A stretch of 56,952 bases of DNA, filler included, from Platydemus manokwari (Eukaryota), in assembly GCA_037951405.1 (NCBI GenBank). It is 5 parts of 5 records of this genome, joined end to end, with 100 filler letters (N's around TTAATTAATTAA, not from the genome) between each part and the next. Parts side by side here need not be neighbours in the genome. Positions count along the whole stretch, not along the records: positions 19,488 to 34,636 come from JBBMOY011334761.1; positions 34,737 to 45,443 come from JBBMOY011111665.1; 3 more parts are not named here. The stretch is one strand, 5' to 3'. Position 1 is the first letter of the stretch; each line of letters opens with the position of its first letter. This document shows, piece after piece, positions 23,727 through 38,500 of this stretch. Made by a program: the position numbers and the translations under genes. The notes under the pieces were generated by a model, which saw only the letters and a program-made list of their open reading frames with translations, had not been told where the DNA came from and made no database searches.

Positions 23727-26156
23727 TTATGATTTGAATTTGCTCTCGAAATTCAAGGCTATCGCTTCTAGGAAGTCCATCGTGTTGAGATAGTGTTCGG
23801 GTTTGACATTTTTCAATCCATAAATGCAAGCAGCAAGATCTTTCGTCATCTTGCCACTATCAACAGTATCGATGCAAGCTTTTTCCATCACATTGCAGTA
23901 CCTGGAGAAGAACAAAAATAATTAATGCAATACATATTTCATGCGTACACACAAACACAGACACACAGAAGTCAATGTTTTGATTGGTGTATTGAAACAC
24001 AAGCATAATCAATAACATAGAAATGTGTAAAAGAAATGTTGGTGAATCCACATTGGAATGAAAGGATTCCCAGGATGTAGCATGAATTGCAAATAATATA
24101 ATCGATATTTATTATATTTGTGTGACAGGTAAAACAATGATATTTGTGCGACGGAGGTAAATAAATTAATTAAATCAATTAGTCGAATATATGGAAGAAA
24201 CACAAATGCTAAATCGAGAACAGATAAATATACAACGCAATGTCTAGCATATAACCTTGTTACCAATAGCAACTATGGCTAAAAACAATTACAATTCAAT
24301 ATTTCAATTACCTAATTAAATCGTTGTTATTGTCTAGCTTGCCACGATGCTCCAAACCTCGAGTCCAAGCAAAGATGCTAGCGATGGGATTTGTACTAGT
24401 TGGCTTTCCTTTTTGATGTTCACGATAATGACGAGTAACAGTTCCGTGAGCCGCTTCAGCTTCAATTGTTTTACCATCGGGACACATCAACACGGATGTC
24501 ATCAGACCCAGTGATCCGTATCCCTGGGCCACAATATCACTCTGCACGTCTCCGTCATAGTTTTTACAGCCCCACACAAAACCCCCACCAGATTTCAAAG
24601 CTTGAGCTACCATATCATCAATTAATCGATGCTCATACCAGATTTTCAGTTCATCGAATTTCGATTTATATTGTCTGAAATATTTTTGCAAAATTATTTT
24701 TGGTCTACATTTTAGTTATGATTTTGAATAAATACGCTACTCAGACGTGCATAAATAACGCAATGATGACACCAAACAGTTTAAAATGAACATAAGTACC
24801 ACTTAATCCATCACATTGATCGAGTGGAATAGCATACATGCGTTACCATGCCAACAGTAAATCAAATCGGAAATTAAAAAACATAAATTAAAAACGTGAC
24901 TACATTACAATTGTAGTGATAATCAATTCTTATGCATATCAATGCAAATGAGCGCTCAATAGTAAGCGGCGACATAATAAACTAGTACTACGTGTTGTTA
25001 TGGTGATTAATGTAGGTTTAAAAAAATCGATTCTTATCATACGTTGGACATGACAGACACACATTCATATTCAGACAATCATTGTGTCGAACGTCATAAT
25101 GTACCACGAAAACAATAACAGTGGGTGAGAAATAATTATAAACAATCAAGATTGACACAAACGTAATAAAATGGTTTAATCATTACTTGTCGAATATTTC
25201 CTGAAAAATATCCTTGAATCGTCCGTCGTAACGCTTGAGGATTGTATTTTTCGTGCTCAAATATAAAGGCCATTTCTTTTGAAGAGCATATTGGAAACAA
25301 CTGTGAGCAAATCCTTCAATGCTCTGTAAAAATGGAGTTAGATATGATCATTTGTACCTGATAACAAGCTAATAACTTTACTTCATCCGTGTTATACATA
25401 GCCATGCCAACACCTCCACGATTTTTGAATTCAAAAACCGTCAATTTATCTGATCCAGACTTATCATGGGGCGTAAAAACGAGTTCCAACTTTCCCGGCT
25501 TTGAAACAACATAATCGGTGGCCTTGTATTGGTCTCCATGAGCGTGTCTTCCAATGACTATCGCTTCTTTCCAACCTTCAACCAAGCGTGGAATCGTTTT
25601 ACAAATAATTGGTTCTCTAAAAACCGTTCCACCAAGAATATTTCTGATTGTTCCGTTTGGCGAGAGCCACATTTTTTTTAATTTGAACTCTAATCGATAA
25701 ATCAGAGTTATAATCATTTTAAAATAAATAATTAAATATTATTCTTTTAAAGCTCTTACCAACCTTTAACGCGCTCCTCATCTGGTGTAATTGTGGCACA
25801 TTTTATTCCAACATTATATTTCTTTATAGCTTCGGCACTATCAATAGTGACTTGATCATTCGTCTGATCACGGTAAGGCAAACCCAAATCATAATATTTG
25901 CAGTCGACATTTACGTAAGGAAAAATCAACTAATAAATTATTAAAATTATTGACAAAACCTAAAATTACGACTTACACGTTCTTTTATTTTTTCCCATAT
26001 TATTCTAGTCATCTCATCTCCATCAAGTTCGACAACAGGGTTTGCAACAGCAATCCGCTTGGTAGAATAAACTAAATACAATTTATTACATAATACTATT
26101 ATACAAAAAAATTAACATCTAGGGAAAATAAATCTTGCGTTTAATCTACTTAACAT
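23727..26156 (-). CDS. IDH2: Mitochondrial NADP-dependent isocitrate dehydrogenase; exons 26156-26117, 26071-25977, 25929-25764, 25689-25382, 25323-25187, 24674-24312, 23901-23727 (427 aa)
   Basis: Motifs [59 protein letters not shown] and MTKDLA. Six GT-AG introns keep frame. Arg-rich N-terminal presequence [16 protein letters not shown]. Confidence 0.96.
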
Positions 26157-27739
26157 ATCAAAGACGCTCTAACAAAAATTATTTATTAATAAATTTGATA
26201 AGTTATAACAACAGATAAAGACGTTGATGTGTTCAAAAAATAATTCCGGTTCATTCATTTCTTGGAATTTTTCAGTAGTAATCATTTATTTTGTATTATT
26301 TTAATTAAAAAATTTTCAAAAAGCTATTGTTAAGATTTTATGGATATTATAACAGCATTCAAATCTGAATTAAATTTCTATAATCAATTAACGAAAGGGA
26401 ATAAAAATAATTTTGAAGATCAATGGTTGTTAAAAGATAATAATATAAATAAATATAATTTAAAGGTGGTCCATAAAGCACGATAAGCTTATAAATTGAC
26501 GGTAGTTGCCTCTAACTTATGTAATATAACTTATTAAATTTGTTGTGGCTACAGATACCGAGTTCCCAGTATAAGCAATAAAATGAATATCAATGAATAT
26601 GACCCAAAATATTTATCTTGGCCAAACCTATATCTTTTTTGAAAATGAAGGCATATTTTTATAATATATATTTTTAAATATTTATAATAAAATCATTTAT
26701 AATTTTTGTTATAGTCAAGCATTAATTAATAACAATTTCAGCATCAATTGCCGCTAGCAAATTTTATCAATGTCCATGACGATATTTATCAATTTTGTGA
26801 ATGTATCAATTTTTGCTATACAATTCTTATGTAATAATATTATTATATAAATAAGTGCATCAATTATTAGGAAAGATATATTGAATTATTATTTTCTGGA
26901 AGTCACGGTTAAATAAGAACGTAAATTATTGATAAAGCAGAAAGATTTTTTAATAATTAAAATATCAAATTGATTAATATTTGGTCAGTCTAATATTTTA
27001 ACAAATTTCTGGATAAATTAAATATCCAGCATTTTAGAAATAATAATAATAATAGGAACAAGAATGATAATAATTTCTAGGAAAGACGACAATTAAATAT
27101 GCAAAATTGTAGAAATAATAATAATAACAACAATAAATAATAGTAATAATAATTTGTAGCAAAAAACAATAATATTTCTTCCTACAATTAAAATAATTAT
27201 AATAAAACAATTCCATGTGACAAATAGTAACTATAATTATTTAAAAAAATAAAATCCAACGAATTGTTAATTAATGTTGAGAAATTAATAGCACGAACTC
27301 CCATGAAAGTTAAATAGTATGCATAGGGACAAAATTTATTTCAATTTGAGAAATCACTAGGAAGATCCATGGGAGAAGTCGTTTGCCCGAATTACGTTTG
27401 CTCATCGATTGCCCCAATATATTTGCCAAAATTAAGTATGAGCTTGTTAATTTAAAAAAACTGATCACTTTTATACACCATTCTATTTCCTATTATCGAG
27501 CTTAGCTTTAAACATCCTAAGTTATTTGGTTTTACTCCAAGAGTGTGAAGTTTATTAACTGTAACTTCGATTCAGAAATTCTTAAGGTTTCGTTATAATT
27601 TTACTGTTTATTCTATTGTTAAAATCATTTTTAATTTTATTTATTGTATCAATTTGTGTTAGTGTCTTGAGCGTTTTTTATTGATCGTAAAGATAGTAAG
27701 TTACAACAAAGCTATCGGTGACAGCGAGTTTAAGGGGAA

Positions 27740-28200
27740 TAAATTGAGACTGATCATATGAAATATAGGACCACTGTTGCCACACATATAGTGTCTCCAG
27801 ACAATATCATTGCACTAGGTGAAAATATTAAATATAAGCAAACTGTTCTACCTGTAGCCTTGAAGAGATACTACAGAAACTAATCAAGACAACAATGATC
27901 AAAAATAATATTATATTACAAATAAACATAAAAAGCATAAGGGAAAAACTCAAAATTTCAATCGCATATTCATGTTATGTAGAGCAAGTAATCTTAGTTT
28001 TACTAGTACTTGGTCCTTTGATAATAAACAAGCCTGATATCTAAGTACAATTGGAAATGTTGGAAACCACCAGAGAAAGATTCTAACAAAAAAATCTAAA
28101 CCAGATAAACAAATCTTGATCCTGATGTCAGTCTCTACCTTCTCAAATTCAAATTCCAAAACCTTGAAGACGACATTAAGTTTTCAATAATTAGATGATA
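27740..28200 (+). mobile_element. Decayed LINE AP-endonuclease fragment
   Basis: KLRLII*NIGPL (cf. iiwNi) followed by PDNIIALGE (cf. PDII-x-L-x-E). Confidence 0.5.
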
Positions 28201-29498
28201 AAATCTCAAGTACAGCTTGATAAATAACATTGAAATATGTTTAAAAAAATACCAGTGAAAATACGCAAAATAAATAGGAACTGAAAAAAGGTAAATACAC
28301 ATCACAAACTTTGAGCGGGCAGTTGTCAGAGAAACTTTCCTGCGAAAAATGAAAATTGAATTAAAGTCATGGCGATTTTTGAATTTATTCGAATTGCCGA
28401 GATGTTGTTTTGAATTTCATTATCGAGAATTAATCAGCAAACTTTTTGTAGTTTTGAAGGGTTTAACATTCAAACTTTTTTTCATGTGTCAATAATCGTC
28501 ATTGCAACCAATTTAATAATAATTTAGTAATAATGATCTTAATAAACGATTTTAAAGTATTATTCATTAGGATTTGAGGTTATCAATATTATGGCAAAGA
28601 TCTATCAAACTCGATAACTTGACATTATTAAATATCTTGCTTTATTTTTATGTAGAATATCCGAAAATTTGAATAATAAATTCTAAAAATTGTGGGGCAT
28701 GAAAAATATTTTGGGAAATTTAAAATTATAGTGCAGAGAAAATTAATGTGCATTAAAAAATAATCGCAGAAGATTTCTTTATGCCAATAACTCATCAAGT
28801 CATTCGTATATATGACCAGAAAATCGTGTCAGGGGCCACAATTTCATTTTCTTATTAGTTTCTTAGACAGAAACTGAGAAGTCCTTTTAACGTCTATAAG
28901 AGCTTCTTTATTCCCAGTTTCATAACTGGAATATCAAACTAAGTAACTACATTTTAAAATCATATTTCAAGCTCTATAATATTTCATTTTAATTTTTTAT
29001 CTTATAATCGATCTGTTCCAATTGCATTGAAGTGTTGCACCGAACTTCTTGCATCTGCAATTAGTAAAGTCAAAATCAGTAGCTAACCCAGAGTGAAAAA
29101 TCACTGTCTGTTGTTACTGGTAGCGTATAGTTTTGATATTTATGGTTATTCGCTACTATTATTTCATTATAACATATCTTAGTATTTAAAACAGATTTCC
29201 GCCATGCTCATTTATTTGTAAATTAGTTGTAAAAAGTTGCTGGGTTTATGTGTTTATTAGTCAAATTATATTGTGAGTTCTGTACCATTGGTTGGAGTAC
29301 GACGTCAATCCAGTAGGTGCATGAATTTAAAGATTATAATCAAAGTAAATCAATAATCAAAAAATAAAGACTATATCAATATTTTTTATTCGAATATGCT
29401 ACAAGTACATTAAGTCGTAATATACAGGAATCTAATTCAAATCACTTTTTAAGAAAGAAATTTACTTATTTTGTTGAGATCACCCCCACCCAACTCTT

Positions 29499-29592
29499 CA
29501 CAATATTATAACCAAATTTCACAACTCTAATACAACACAATATCATAACCAATTCTCACAGTTCTAACACACTACAACAAATTTTCATAACC
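29499..29592 (+). repeat. Imperfect ~37-bp tandem repeat (about 2.5 copies)
   Basis: cacaatattataaccaaatttcacaactctaa, then cacaatatcataaccaattctcacagttctaa, then partial cataacc. Confidence 0.6.
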
Positions 29593-32067
29593 CTTTATAA
29601 CGATACAACACAATAAATTTCCAAACAAACTACATAGTATAAATAATGTTTGCCTTGAATATAGTCGAAAAAGAAGCCGAATTCAAGCCAATCCATATTC
29701 GAGTCAACAAACAATTAATTAAAAAATGGCTCTTGTTAATTAGTTAAACGGGTTATCATAATTTTTTATTTTCTGAACAATTACAATTTCCAATTATTGT
29801 TATCACGACTTTGAACAATGATTATCATTTATTTTATTGTTATTAAAATGTGATTTTTAATAATGATCATCATTTATTTAAACTGCTGTCATTATAATTG
29901 AATGAAATTGCTAGATTAATTTAGTGATTATTATAAAGGAAAAGAAGGAGAAGAGAAAAATTCGCCAGATTTTATAAAATAAATAATCAAAATAATTAAT
30001 TAAAAAGAAAAAATAATTATGCAAAATTACCGTGAAAAAGGCATTTAAAAAATGCATACAATTATAGGCCACTCACTGATTAGGCTGCTATAAATAGTCA
30101 ATGAGAATTTCATAACACACCTATTTTCATAGACGCATTTTTCAAGCACACTTTGTAACACACGGACAATTCGTTTTCTGATTGAATCTCTGATAGTCAT
30201 CTTGAAGTGTCATTATCGATCTATCATTCATAACTAATTATAATCTGTGGTCAAGAGTTTAAAAATGCATATCGTCTCGAATAAATCGTTTTTACCAAGG
30301 AAACAATGACGCCCCTGGATTTTTGATAGCGGAGAAAGAAAATTATTACTAAAAGATTTTAATGAATTAATTTGCGAGGAACAAGGTTATTACTTATTTT
30401 TATGTTAAATATTTCACACTCATCATTCAATGATAGTAATTAAATAACTCAATGATTTGTGTTATTTTAAAAGAAAATATTCTGTCGAAATTTAATCTTC
30501 TTTGACTCAACCCTCAACACCTTTCGATTCTGCCTCTCAACAAATCACTTTCATGACGCGCCTAATATTGAAATCATTTTTTTGTTATTTATTTTCAGCT
30601 CTTGTTATATTTTTGGCTTCATCAAAATAAGTTTCTTGATTTAGTTACATTATTGAAACAAAAGGATATTTATATCACTTTTTAATTCACATCTTAATTC
30701 AGAATTAATCAAATATTGCCCTCGACCCTTTCACTAGCTTACAATTTTATCAATAATAACAAAATTAACGATAATCAATATTCAAATTTAAATGATTCAA
30801 CAAAAGATTAGCTTCAGAAACTTTTAGGATAATTCAGTTAAGCCAATTTCGATAACGGGATCAACAATACCCGTTATTTAAGTCCCTCAAGAATCAGCAG
30901 AAATGCTAAAGCTAATCAAATAATAAATAAAATAGAATCAAGAAAATAAAAATATAAAAACAAGAAAATTTTTTAATAATTTAATCAAACTTAATTAATT
31001 TTCAAATCACCCAATTACAATTTAACCCAGTTAAAATTTAACCCGTAGGTTAAAAAAGGGTCAACGAGGTGTTAAAAATGTAGATTTTATATATTATAGA
31101 TTTTAAAATATAGGAAAACCCCTTTTCAATGATTGTTATTATTATTGTGAAATCGTACTTATTTTTTCAAAACTTTTCCTCTCAGTATGATGACCGTTAG
31201 AAATCTTTTTGTGTGAGCGAATATTCTGACTTTCCTAATGCATATATACTGTTTTCTATAATGATTTTTGCTTATAATTTTCTTTTTTCTTATTGGATTT
31301 TAAAATTATTTTATAAATCCACCTACATTAATAATTTCAATTTATTTTTTGACCATATTCATTCATTATAATTTATATTTCATCTATATTTATAAATTTT
31401 ATTATAATTTCGTTCATTATTATTCTCAAAAATATAACTCTAGCCGTTATAGATTTTTATTATAATTACTCAAAAAGTTTGTTACATACAAAATTTGTTT
31501 ACATATTAAAAAAAATGAAATTATCAATATATATATTTCATACAAAGGTGATCACAAAAATCAAAGTCTAATTAAAATAATATTACAAAGTGTAGACTTT
31601 GATAGGAGGATTGAGTTAGAAATTAAGATCCTATCTTCTGGTAGACTGAAAACTGGGATTGAGGAACCGAAGACATTGAGATTTGTTGATATTTAGAAGT
31701 TATCGATATCGTTGAAGACATTGATGACTGGTGAGCATTAGAGGATATCGATGGTCTATCTCTATAACAAAGTGATTGGCAACATTTGTAACTCATTTTT
31801 AATTAATTATGTAATAATTAATTAATGTTTTAAGACTCATTTTAAATTTGAAGTATTTGTAAAGTTGACAACGTCAATAGTTTTAGGTGTTTGATGGGGT
31901 TGTATAAAAATAGATTGAATCACATTGAAATTTCGATACAAATATATAATACATGTTCGATACAATATTATTTATAATACAAAAATTTGCATGTCAACTT
32001 TGATTAGAACAAAATTATAACATTAATAAAAATAATCGAATTAATCAATATCTTTATTGCATTATCC

Positions 32068-32598
32068 ATGTATGATGATAATTCCTCAACGTCAGATAAA
32101 TGTCCACCCATTAAAAATCAAAAACTGTTTGAAGGTATTTCCAAGAAAATCCCATCGAAAAAGAATATTTTTAAAAAGGCACACAAATTACCAAAAATGG
32201 AAAAATCTCCATTTTCATTTAAAATCCACGAATTGGCTGAAAAAATGAATATTACTCCAATGGAATTCGATCTATCAGATATTGATGATAGTGATCTCAA
32301 TGATTTAGAGAAGGAATTAAATGAGAAAATAAGCCAACGCCAACATTTTAATTTGCATGAAAATCAATTCACAGAAACTTTCAACTCAGAAAATAATTCC
32401 AACTTCAAAATGCTTGAAGAAACGAATTTTGATGTTTTGGGAAAATTCAATCAATTTAGAGATGATTTATATGAGGGTAAATCACTTCCGATTTATGAAA
32501 ATTTCAAAAATGTCTTCAAACCTTGTCACCATCAAAAATATTTAGAAGAAAAATGGTTCACAAATCCACATTTTAAGGCAAAGAAAATTAATAAATAA
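32068..32598 (+). CDS. Hypothetical 176-aa protein
   Basis: ATG-initiated 531-nt ORF with protein-like composition (basic N-half, acidic middle). No recognisable domain. Confidence 0.6.
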   Translation: MYDDNSSTSDKCPPIKNQKLFEGISKKIPSKKNIFKKAHKLPKMEKSPFSFKIHELAEKMNITPMEFDLSDIDDSDLNDLEKELNEKISQRQHFNLHENQFTETFNSENNSNFKMLEETNFDVLGKFNQFRDDLYEGKSLPIYENFKNVFKPCHHQKYLEEKWFTNPHFKAKKINK

Positions 32599-35500
32599 TA
32601 ATGACAATCTTGTATTAAATGATATTTTGATTAATATTACTAAATAGATTTAAGGCATTTGTTTTACTGGTTCAGTAATTACTAAAGATCTTTTTTAATT
32701 ATTAAGCAAAAATGAAAGACAAAGAATAATTTATGTTTTGAAATGATTTTGATTTATAAGCTAATAATGCGAATCGAAATTAAAATTGCTTTACCATAGG
32801 CAATGATGCTAAAATCTTTGAATTATTGAAGTGTGAATCATCTGGGAGAAATGTTTAAAATAACAAGTCTTAATTTGTTGAATTAAATTTTCTACTTGGT
32901 TAATATTAATATTTGCTTTTTACTGCTTTCGATAAACGGACAATTGAATAAATGAGGTATGTTTCAACAAAAAAATAACGAAGAATTTCGTCGAGAAGTT
33001 TGCTAACATTGATCAAATTAATTAAGTCGAGTACAATGTAATGATTTCAAGGATTGATGATTAACCTGTACCTTATACATCCCTTATTTATGATTAATAT
33101 TTATTATTTGTCTTTTCTTACATCAAAAAAATTATGAAAACCATTTTATGACAACCATTCTAGAAGACGAAGTCAAATTATATTCTTACCAACTTTGCAA
33201 ACCAAGTTCCATCTTATTATTAAATTAAAACTACAAACAATTAGTCAAAAAAGCTGACCAGGGCTTACAATTTTCTTCATTTATTGATAGAATCAAAGAT
33301 CACAATTAAAAATGAGATGTTTTATAATTCTACATTTCTTTTTTAATTGAAATTATCAATTCATTGTTGTGTAGGATTGTTAAAATGTTTTAAAAGATGA
33401 AAATAAAATAATTATCTTTTTGAGGTTTATAAGCTGTTTATTTAGTCCTCCCAAGGTCTCACCAGTGGCTCAACACAAATTTATATAGTACTAAAGATAT
33501 TTTTAAGAATGTCGATTCGCTTTTATAGCTTCTGAGAACAAATTAGCCACCAATAAAAAATAATCAAAATTCCACAATTATTATTATGGTGGTTAAAAAT
33601 TTCAATAAGTACCTAAGGAATTTAAATATCAGATTTAATTGCTTATTACTTTTTTAATTTCTGGTCTCCGTGTTTTTATATCTAATTGCTCTCAAAAATT
33701 TAATAAATTATAATTGATTAAAATTACCAAAATGACATGTTAATAAAGAGAGCAAGATAAATCACCAAATATTAAAGATAATAGTTTTAAGATAATCACT
33801 AAAAGATAACCTGATCAAGAAATATTGACCATAAAAAACTGAAAATTTTTCTATAGAATCGACAACATTTACAGACCGTGTTGTGTGTTTATGCTTGCTA
33901 TTCAAAGTTAAATTTTTCATTTCTCAATCTTTCAAAAACTTGCTCTTGTATTTCATGGGTAGATTTTTTTTCAATTTATTATATCATTGGTATATTTCCG
34001 CGTTCTTTGTTTTTGTAGGTATGTACAAATTAAAAATCATAATACGAAGATTCTGATTGGTTTCTGATACAAGTGTATCTTGTATATGCAAGTGAAAGTA
34101 AGCCTCAAGATCCTAACAGGTTTCCTGATTTGCATTGATTTTCTCTAAGCATCATCAAAGATTAAGCTTGACATTCAATTTCAGCTCTAAATGTTGATTG
34201 AAAAATGGTTTTTAAACCATTTAACATTTTTTTTATAAATTTATTAGTACTTATATTTCAATAATTTTTAAATTATTGGAGTCATATTTCTTTTCAAGCA
34301 CACTTGTTTTTTATTCTTTTATTTTATACACATATTTCTATAATGTATTTCAAATGATTGGTGTGATTTAAATAACTTGAAATTCACTTTATAAATCCGC
34401 ACAATTTTTTAAAATTATTTTTAAATTTAAAATGTTTTTCGTGACACTCTGAAACAAATTTTAATATTAAATCCGGACTAATTGACATGAAATGAATTGT
34501 TATTATATATGGTATTAAAAAAATTTAATTTAAAAATTTTCTTTAAATATAAATATTTCTTCATAAAGAGAAATATTGGCAATATAGAAAAGTAAATTAG
34601 TTTAGGCTTATTCCTTTCTGGTTTTTCAGAGCTCATNNNNNNNNNNNNNNNNNNNNNNNNNNNNNNNNNNNNNNNNNNNNTTAATTAATTAANNNNNNNN
34701 NNNNNNNNNNNNNNNNNNNNNNNNNNNNNNNNNNNNAGAAAAGTATTATATTTATTTTCTTTTTATCCACTTTGTGCTTTATTTTTATTACAATTTCTCC
34801 AACTGTCACTTCATCTTCTTTCCAACACTAATTATTATAATTGTAAATCTTCTGATCTTGATTACAGAATCCCGTTGCTGACATCATATGTTATCTAACT
34901 CTTTGTTCAATATTTAATCTACGATTTTCTGAAAATATGTGTTAGAAAAGAAATCATTTTATATAAACAGAAAAAGTACATCAAGCACTTGAATATAATT
35001 CAATAAATAATTACTAACATAGGACAATGTTAATGAATTAAAGAACAAGCAACAGGTAAAGCGTGCAAAAAATGCTTATTTTGTTAGGTTAATAAATACT
35101 CAAAAATGGATCAATAAAGTATCATTAATTAAACACAAAATACTCATCTGATAATCGCAAGAAACTAAAATGCAATCACTTGAAAAACGATCAGCTCTTT
35201 TACAGTGATAAATTTAAACTAAATCTTCTAGAATATTCTATCAATTTTAATATTTTGATTTAAGTAAAACATTGATGTATTTCTTTTAGAAATTTTCCAC
35301 AAATATTTACTTACAATTTTTAATTATTTTTTAAAAGTTTAATTTTAAAATTCACAACAGTAATAATTTGCTAATTTAACATTTAATAAAAAAACTGAAC
35401 CTTTTCTATATTTATTTACCATAATACGCGAGTTAACATGTTTCTTATATATTTATTCAACCTACATGGTACGTAAAATCCACGTTTTAAGGATGACGAA

Positions 35501-38500
35501 TGAGTTTAATCATCAATACGAGTCATATACGCTAAAGCATTAATCAAAAATAACTTTAATCTTTTATATTCACTATTTCGACAGAGACTCAAAAAATTTT
35601 AAATATTTAAAAACTTTTTTACAAACTTACAAATATCTACAAACCATACATTTCGGACCTCAAAATGGTTTTTACTGAAATTAATTAAGTCATTATGTGA
35701 AATGAAAATAAAAATATATATCTCAGAAGATTTTTCGCTGAAGCATCAGTTAACGGTAATTTTTCTTTGCTATTGCTTGCCTCTTGGCATTTTAGAAAAT
35801 CTTTTTAAATCTTTTCAAATAAAACACTGTTAAAAGCATCTCTTGTGGAAAAAACTGGCATGAAAAATGGAGACAACTTTTCATTGTAGAATATAAGTAA
35901 TTAAAGTAACTTTAATATTAATAATTAACTTCTTTCATATTTGCTTTCAAGCCAAATTTGGAAGAAAATTGCAATGAGAATCCAAAACGTATTTATCCAA
36001 AAACAAAATTATCCTCTGAAGCCAATTAATCCATTTCTAACATTACCCCGAGAAATTGTTTCAAGGTTTTCCCCAAAAATTTACTCCAAGATAAGAATTA
36101 ATTTTTTTATTTTGAGGAGGATTAAGAATTTTTATCTGAGAAATTAAAATCCAAATGTTGTAATTGAAATAAACTATTTTTTCATAATTATTTTTAATTA
36201 TTTAAAATTTAGGTTGCTGATTGATTGTTTTATTGCTATAGGTACATACTGGTCGATAGATGAAAATATGAATAAAATTATTATTAATGTATTGAAAGTT
36301 TAATTTAATATTTCTACTTCACTTAATAATAAGTTATAATTAAAACTTCAATAATTATAAGGCAAATACAAAACGAAATAATAATAAATATACATCGTTT
36401 AAAAAGAAGTCGCTTTAGACCAAAGTTTATTTGTCAATTTCGATGTAGCAATTTATAATTTTATATTTTGTTTTAACAGTTGTTTTGGATTAAAGATTGA
36501 TACTGGTTAGGTAATTGTTTTAATTTTATTGAATTTAACGGCTTAAGTTAAGAAAAGGAGTTCTTTAACTTACTTTCGTCATAATGAATTTTCGTGTAAG
36601 AAATAATTTTAGAATTTAATTTTATATATAATTGCAATATTTGATTTATCCGTATAACTCAGTCAATCTGTCATTTTTTATGATGTCTAATAGTGAAAAA
36701 ATAGTTCCAATTCTAATCACAACACTTCTACATGATTATTTAAGTTCTTAAATTTAAATTTTTTAATTATAAATCGAGTTAGTTAATTACAGACATGTTT
36801 AATAATATCATTTGCTTATTTTTATAAAATAATTGTAAAAATTGCGAGTATATCTTAATTTGCTTATAATATTAAAAAGGGGTCCTCACTAAATTTCAAT
36901 AAATTGCCATTCGACCTACTTTTTTCATTATTTCAAATAATCCAATTTTAAGCCCTAGTATATTTATTATTTGATTTCAAACAATTAAAATTCTTCTTAA
37001 GTACTTAATTAAAAAAATTCAAAATGTTTTTAAAGAATATAATTAAATAAATTATATAGATTTTTGCAATACACTCAATAAATTTAAAATTTTATTTTAG
37101 GACCAAATTTTTAAACTCCATCCCAAGTTTTGTATATTTTGAAAAATGCTATTAAACAGCTGTCTTAAACGGGATTATTTAAAATTTTCCATGTTTCATT
37201 TGAAATCCCAGATTATATCTAACATCAGCTTGGAATTTATCATAATTATATACCTACTATCAGAACAATTTTACATGGAATTTTGGAAAATTCTACTTTC
37301 ATTTCTGTAGGCTTTCTAGGGGTTTGTTGATTGAAATAGTTTCTTCTAGTATTTTATAAGATCTCGAATTCACCAATCTATCATTTGTTTCATAGTAATT
37401 GGCATTTTATTCAACCTTGATTTTACTTAGTATTTGATAGATTTTATTTGGGTTGAAAATCAGCATATGTCTCAGTTATAAATTCATCAATATGAAGTGT
37501 AATACATTTTATTTTAATTGAAATACTGCTCAATTAATAAATGCTGGAAACAAATGATATAAAAACTACCATAAATTATTTACTAAATAGTTAAACATAC
37601 AAAGAAATATACATGGAAACAGCAGTAACAATAGATGTCATTATAACAATTAAGTCAATAAAATATTTATGTAGAGCTCATCATGCTAACAATTTCGATT
37701 AAACTTAGAAAGAAAACATTTTAATTGCCTAATGTTAAAGTATTAGCTTTTTAAAATGAGCGCTGACATAAATTTAGAAGACAACTTTAATAGAGTGCTA
37801 ATCAATTCGATCTAGGGCATAAATTTTTATAGATTTATTTTGGAAATTGTAGACAATAAATAATCACCATTCATTATAATTGTTATTTCAAGTATGTCAA
37901 CAAGTCGACGTTGTGAGAATGAAATCTAGTAATAAATTTGATCACATTGTTTTTCGATTATTTGACGTTTACATTTCAGGGCCTAATCTGAACAGTAAAT
38001 AATCGTCCACGAAAGTAAGAACAATTGTCAATTTGGTTCTAAGAATAACATAGTGTGAAAGTTGAGTGTAAGAATGAACTGAAACATTGTGTGGGTTATT
38101 TTGAAAGAAATAAAAATATCACCCAACTATGAAGAATCAATAATTCGAAAATTTACACATTTCTATTATTAATATATTTTTGATATATTAATTTTGATAA
38201 TATATGATTATATTCTCCAACAATTAAACCTATAAAAATTTGAAATCATATTAATAATCGTATTCTGTAAAGAATAACAATTGAAATCTGCAATTTTATT
38301 TCATATAACATTGAATATCAAATGGTGATGGGTTAAAAATTTTCAATAAACTTGTTGATCAACTTATATCAAGCCTAATAATTCTAGAGGATTATTTTCA
38401 AATTTTATTTACAGTTTTTATCTAAAGGCAACATTGAAAACGACTGTGATAGATCATTAACAATAAAAGATTTTTCAAAATCAAAGAACACAAAATTCAA

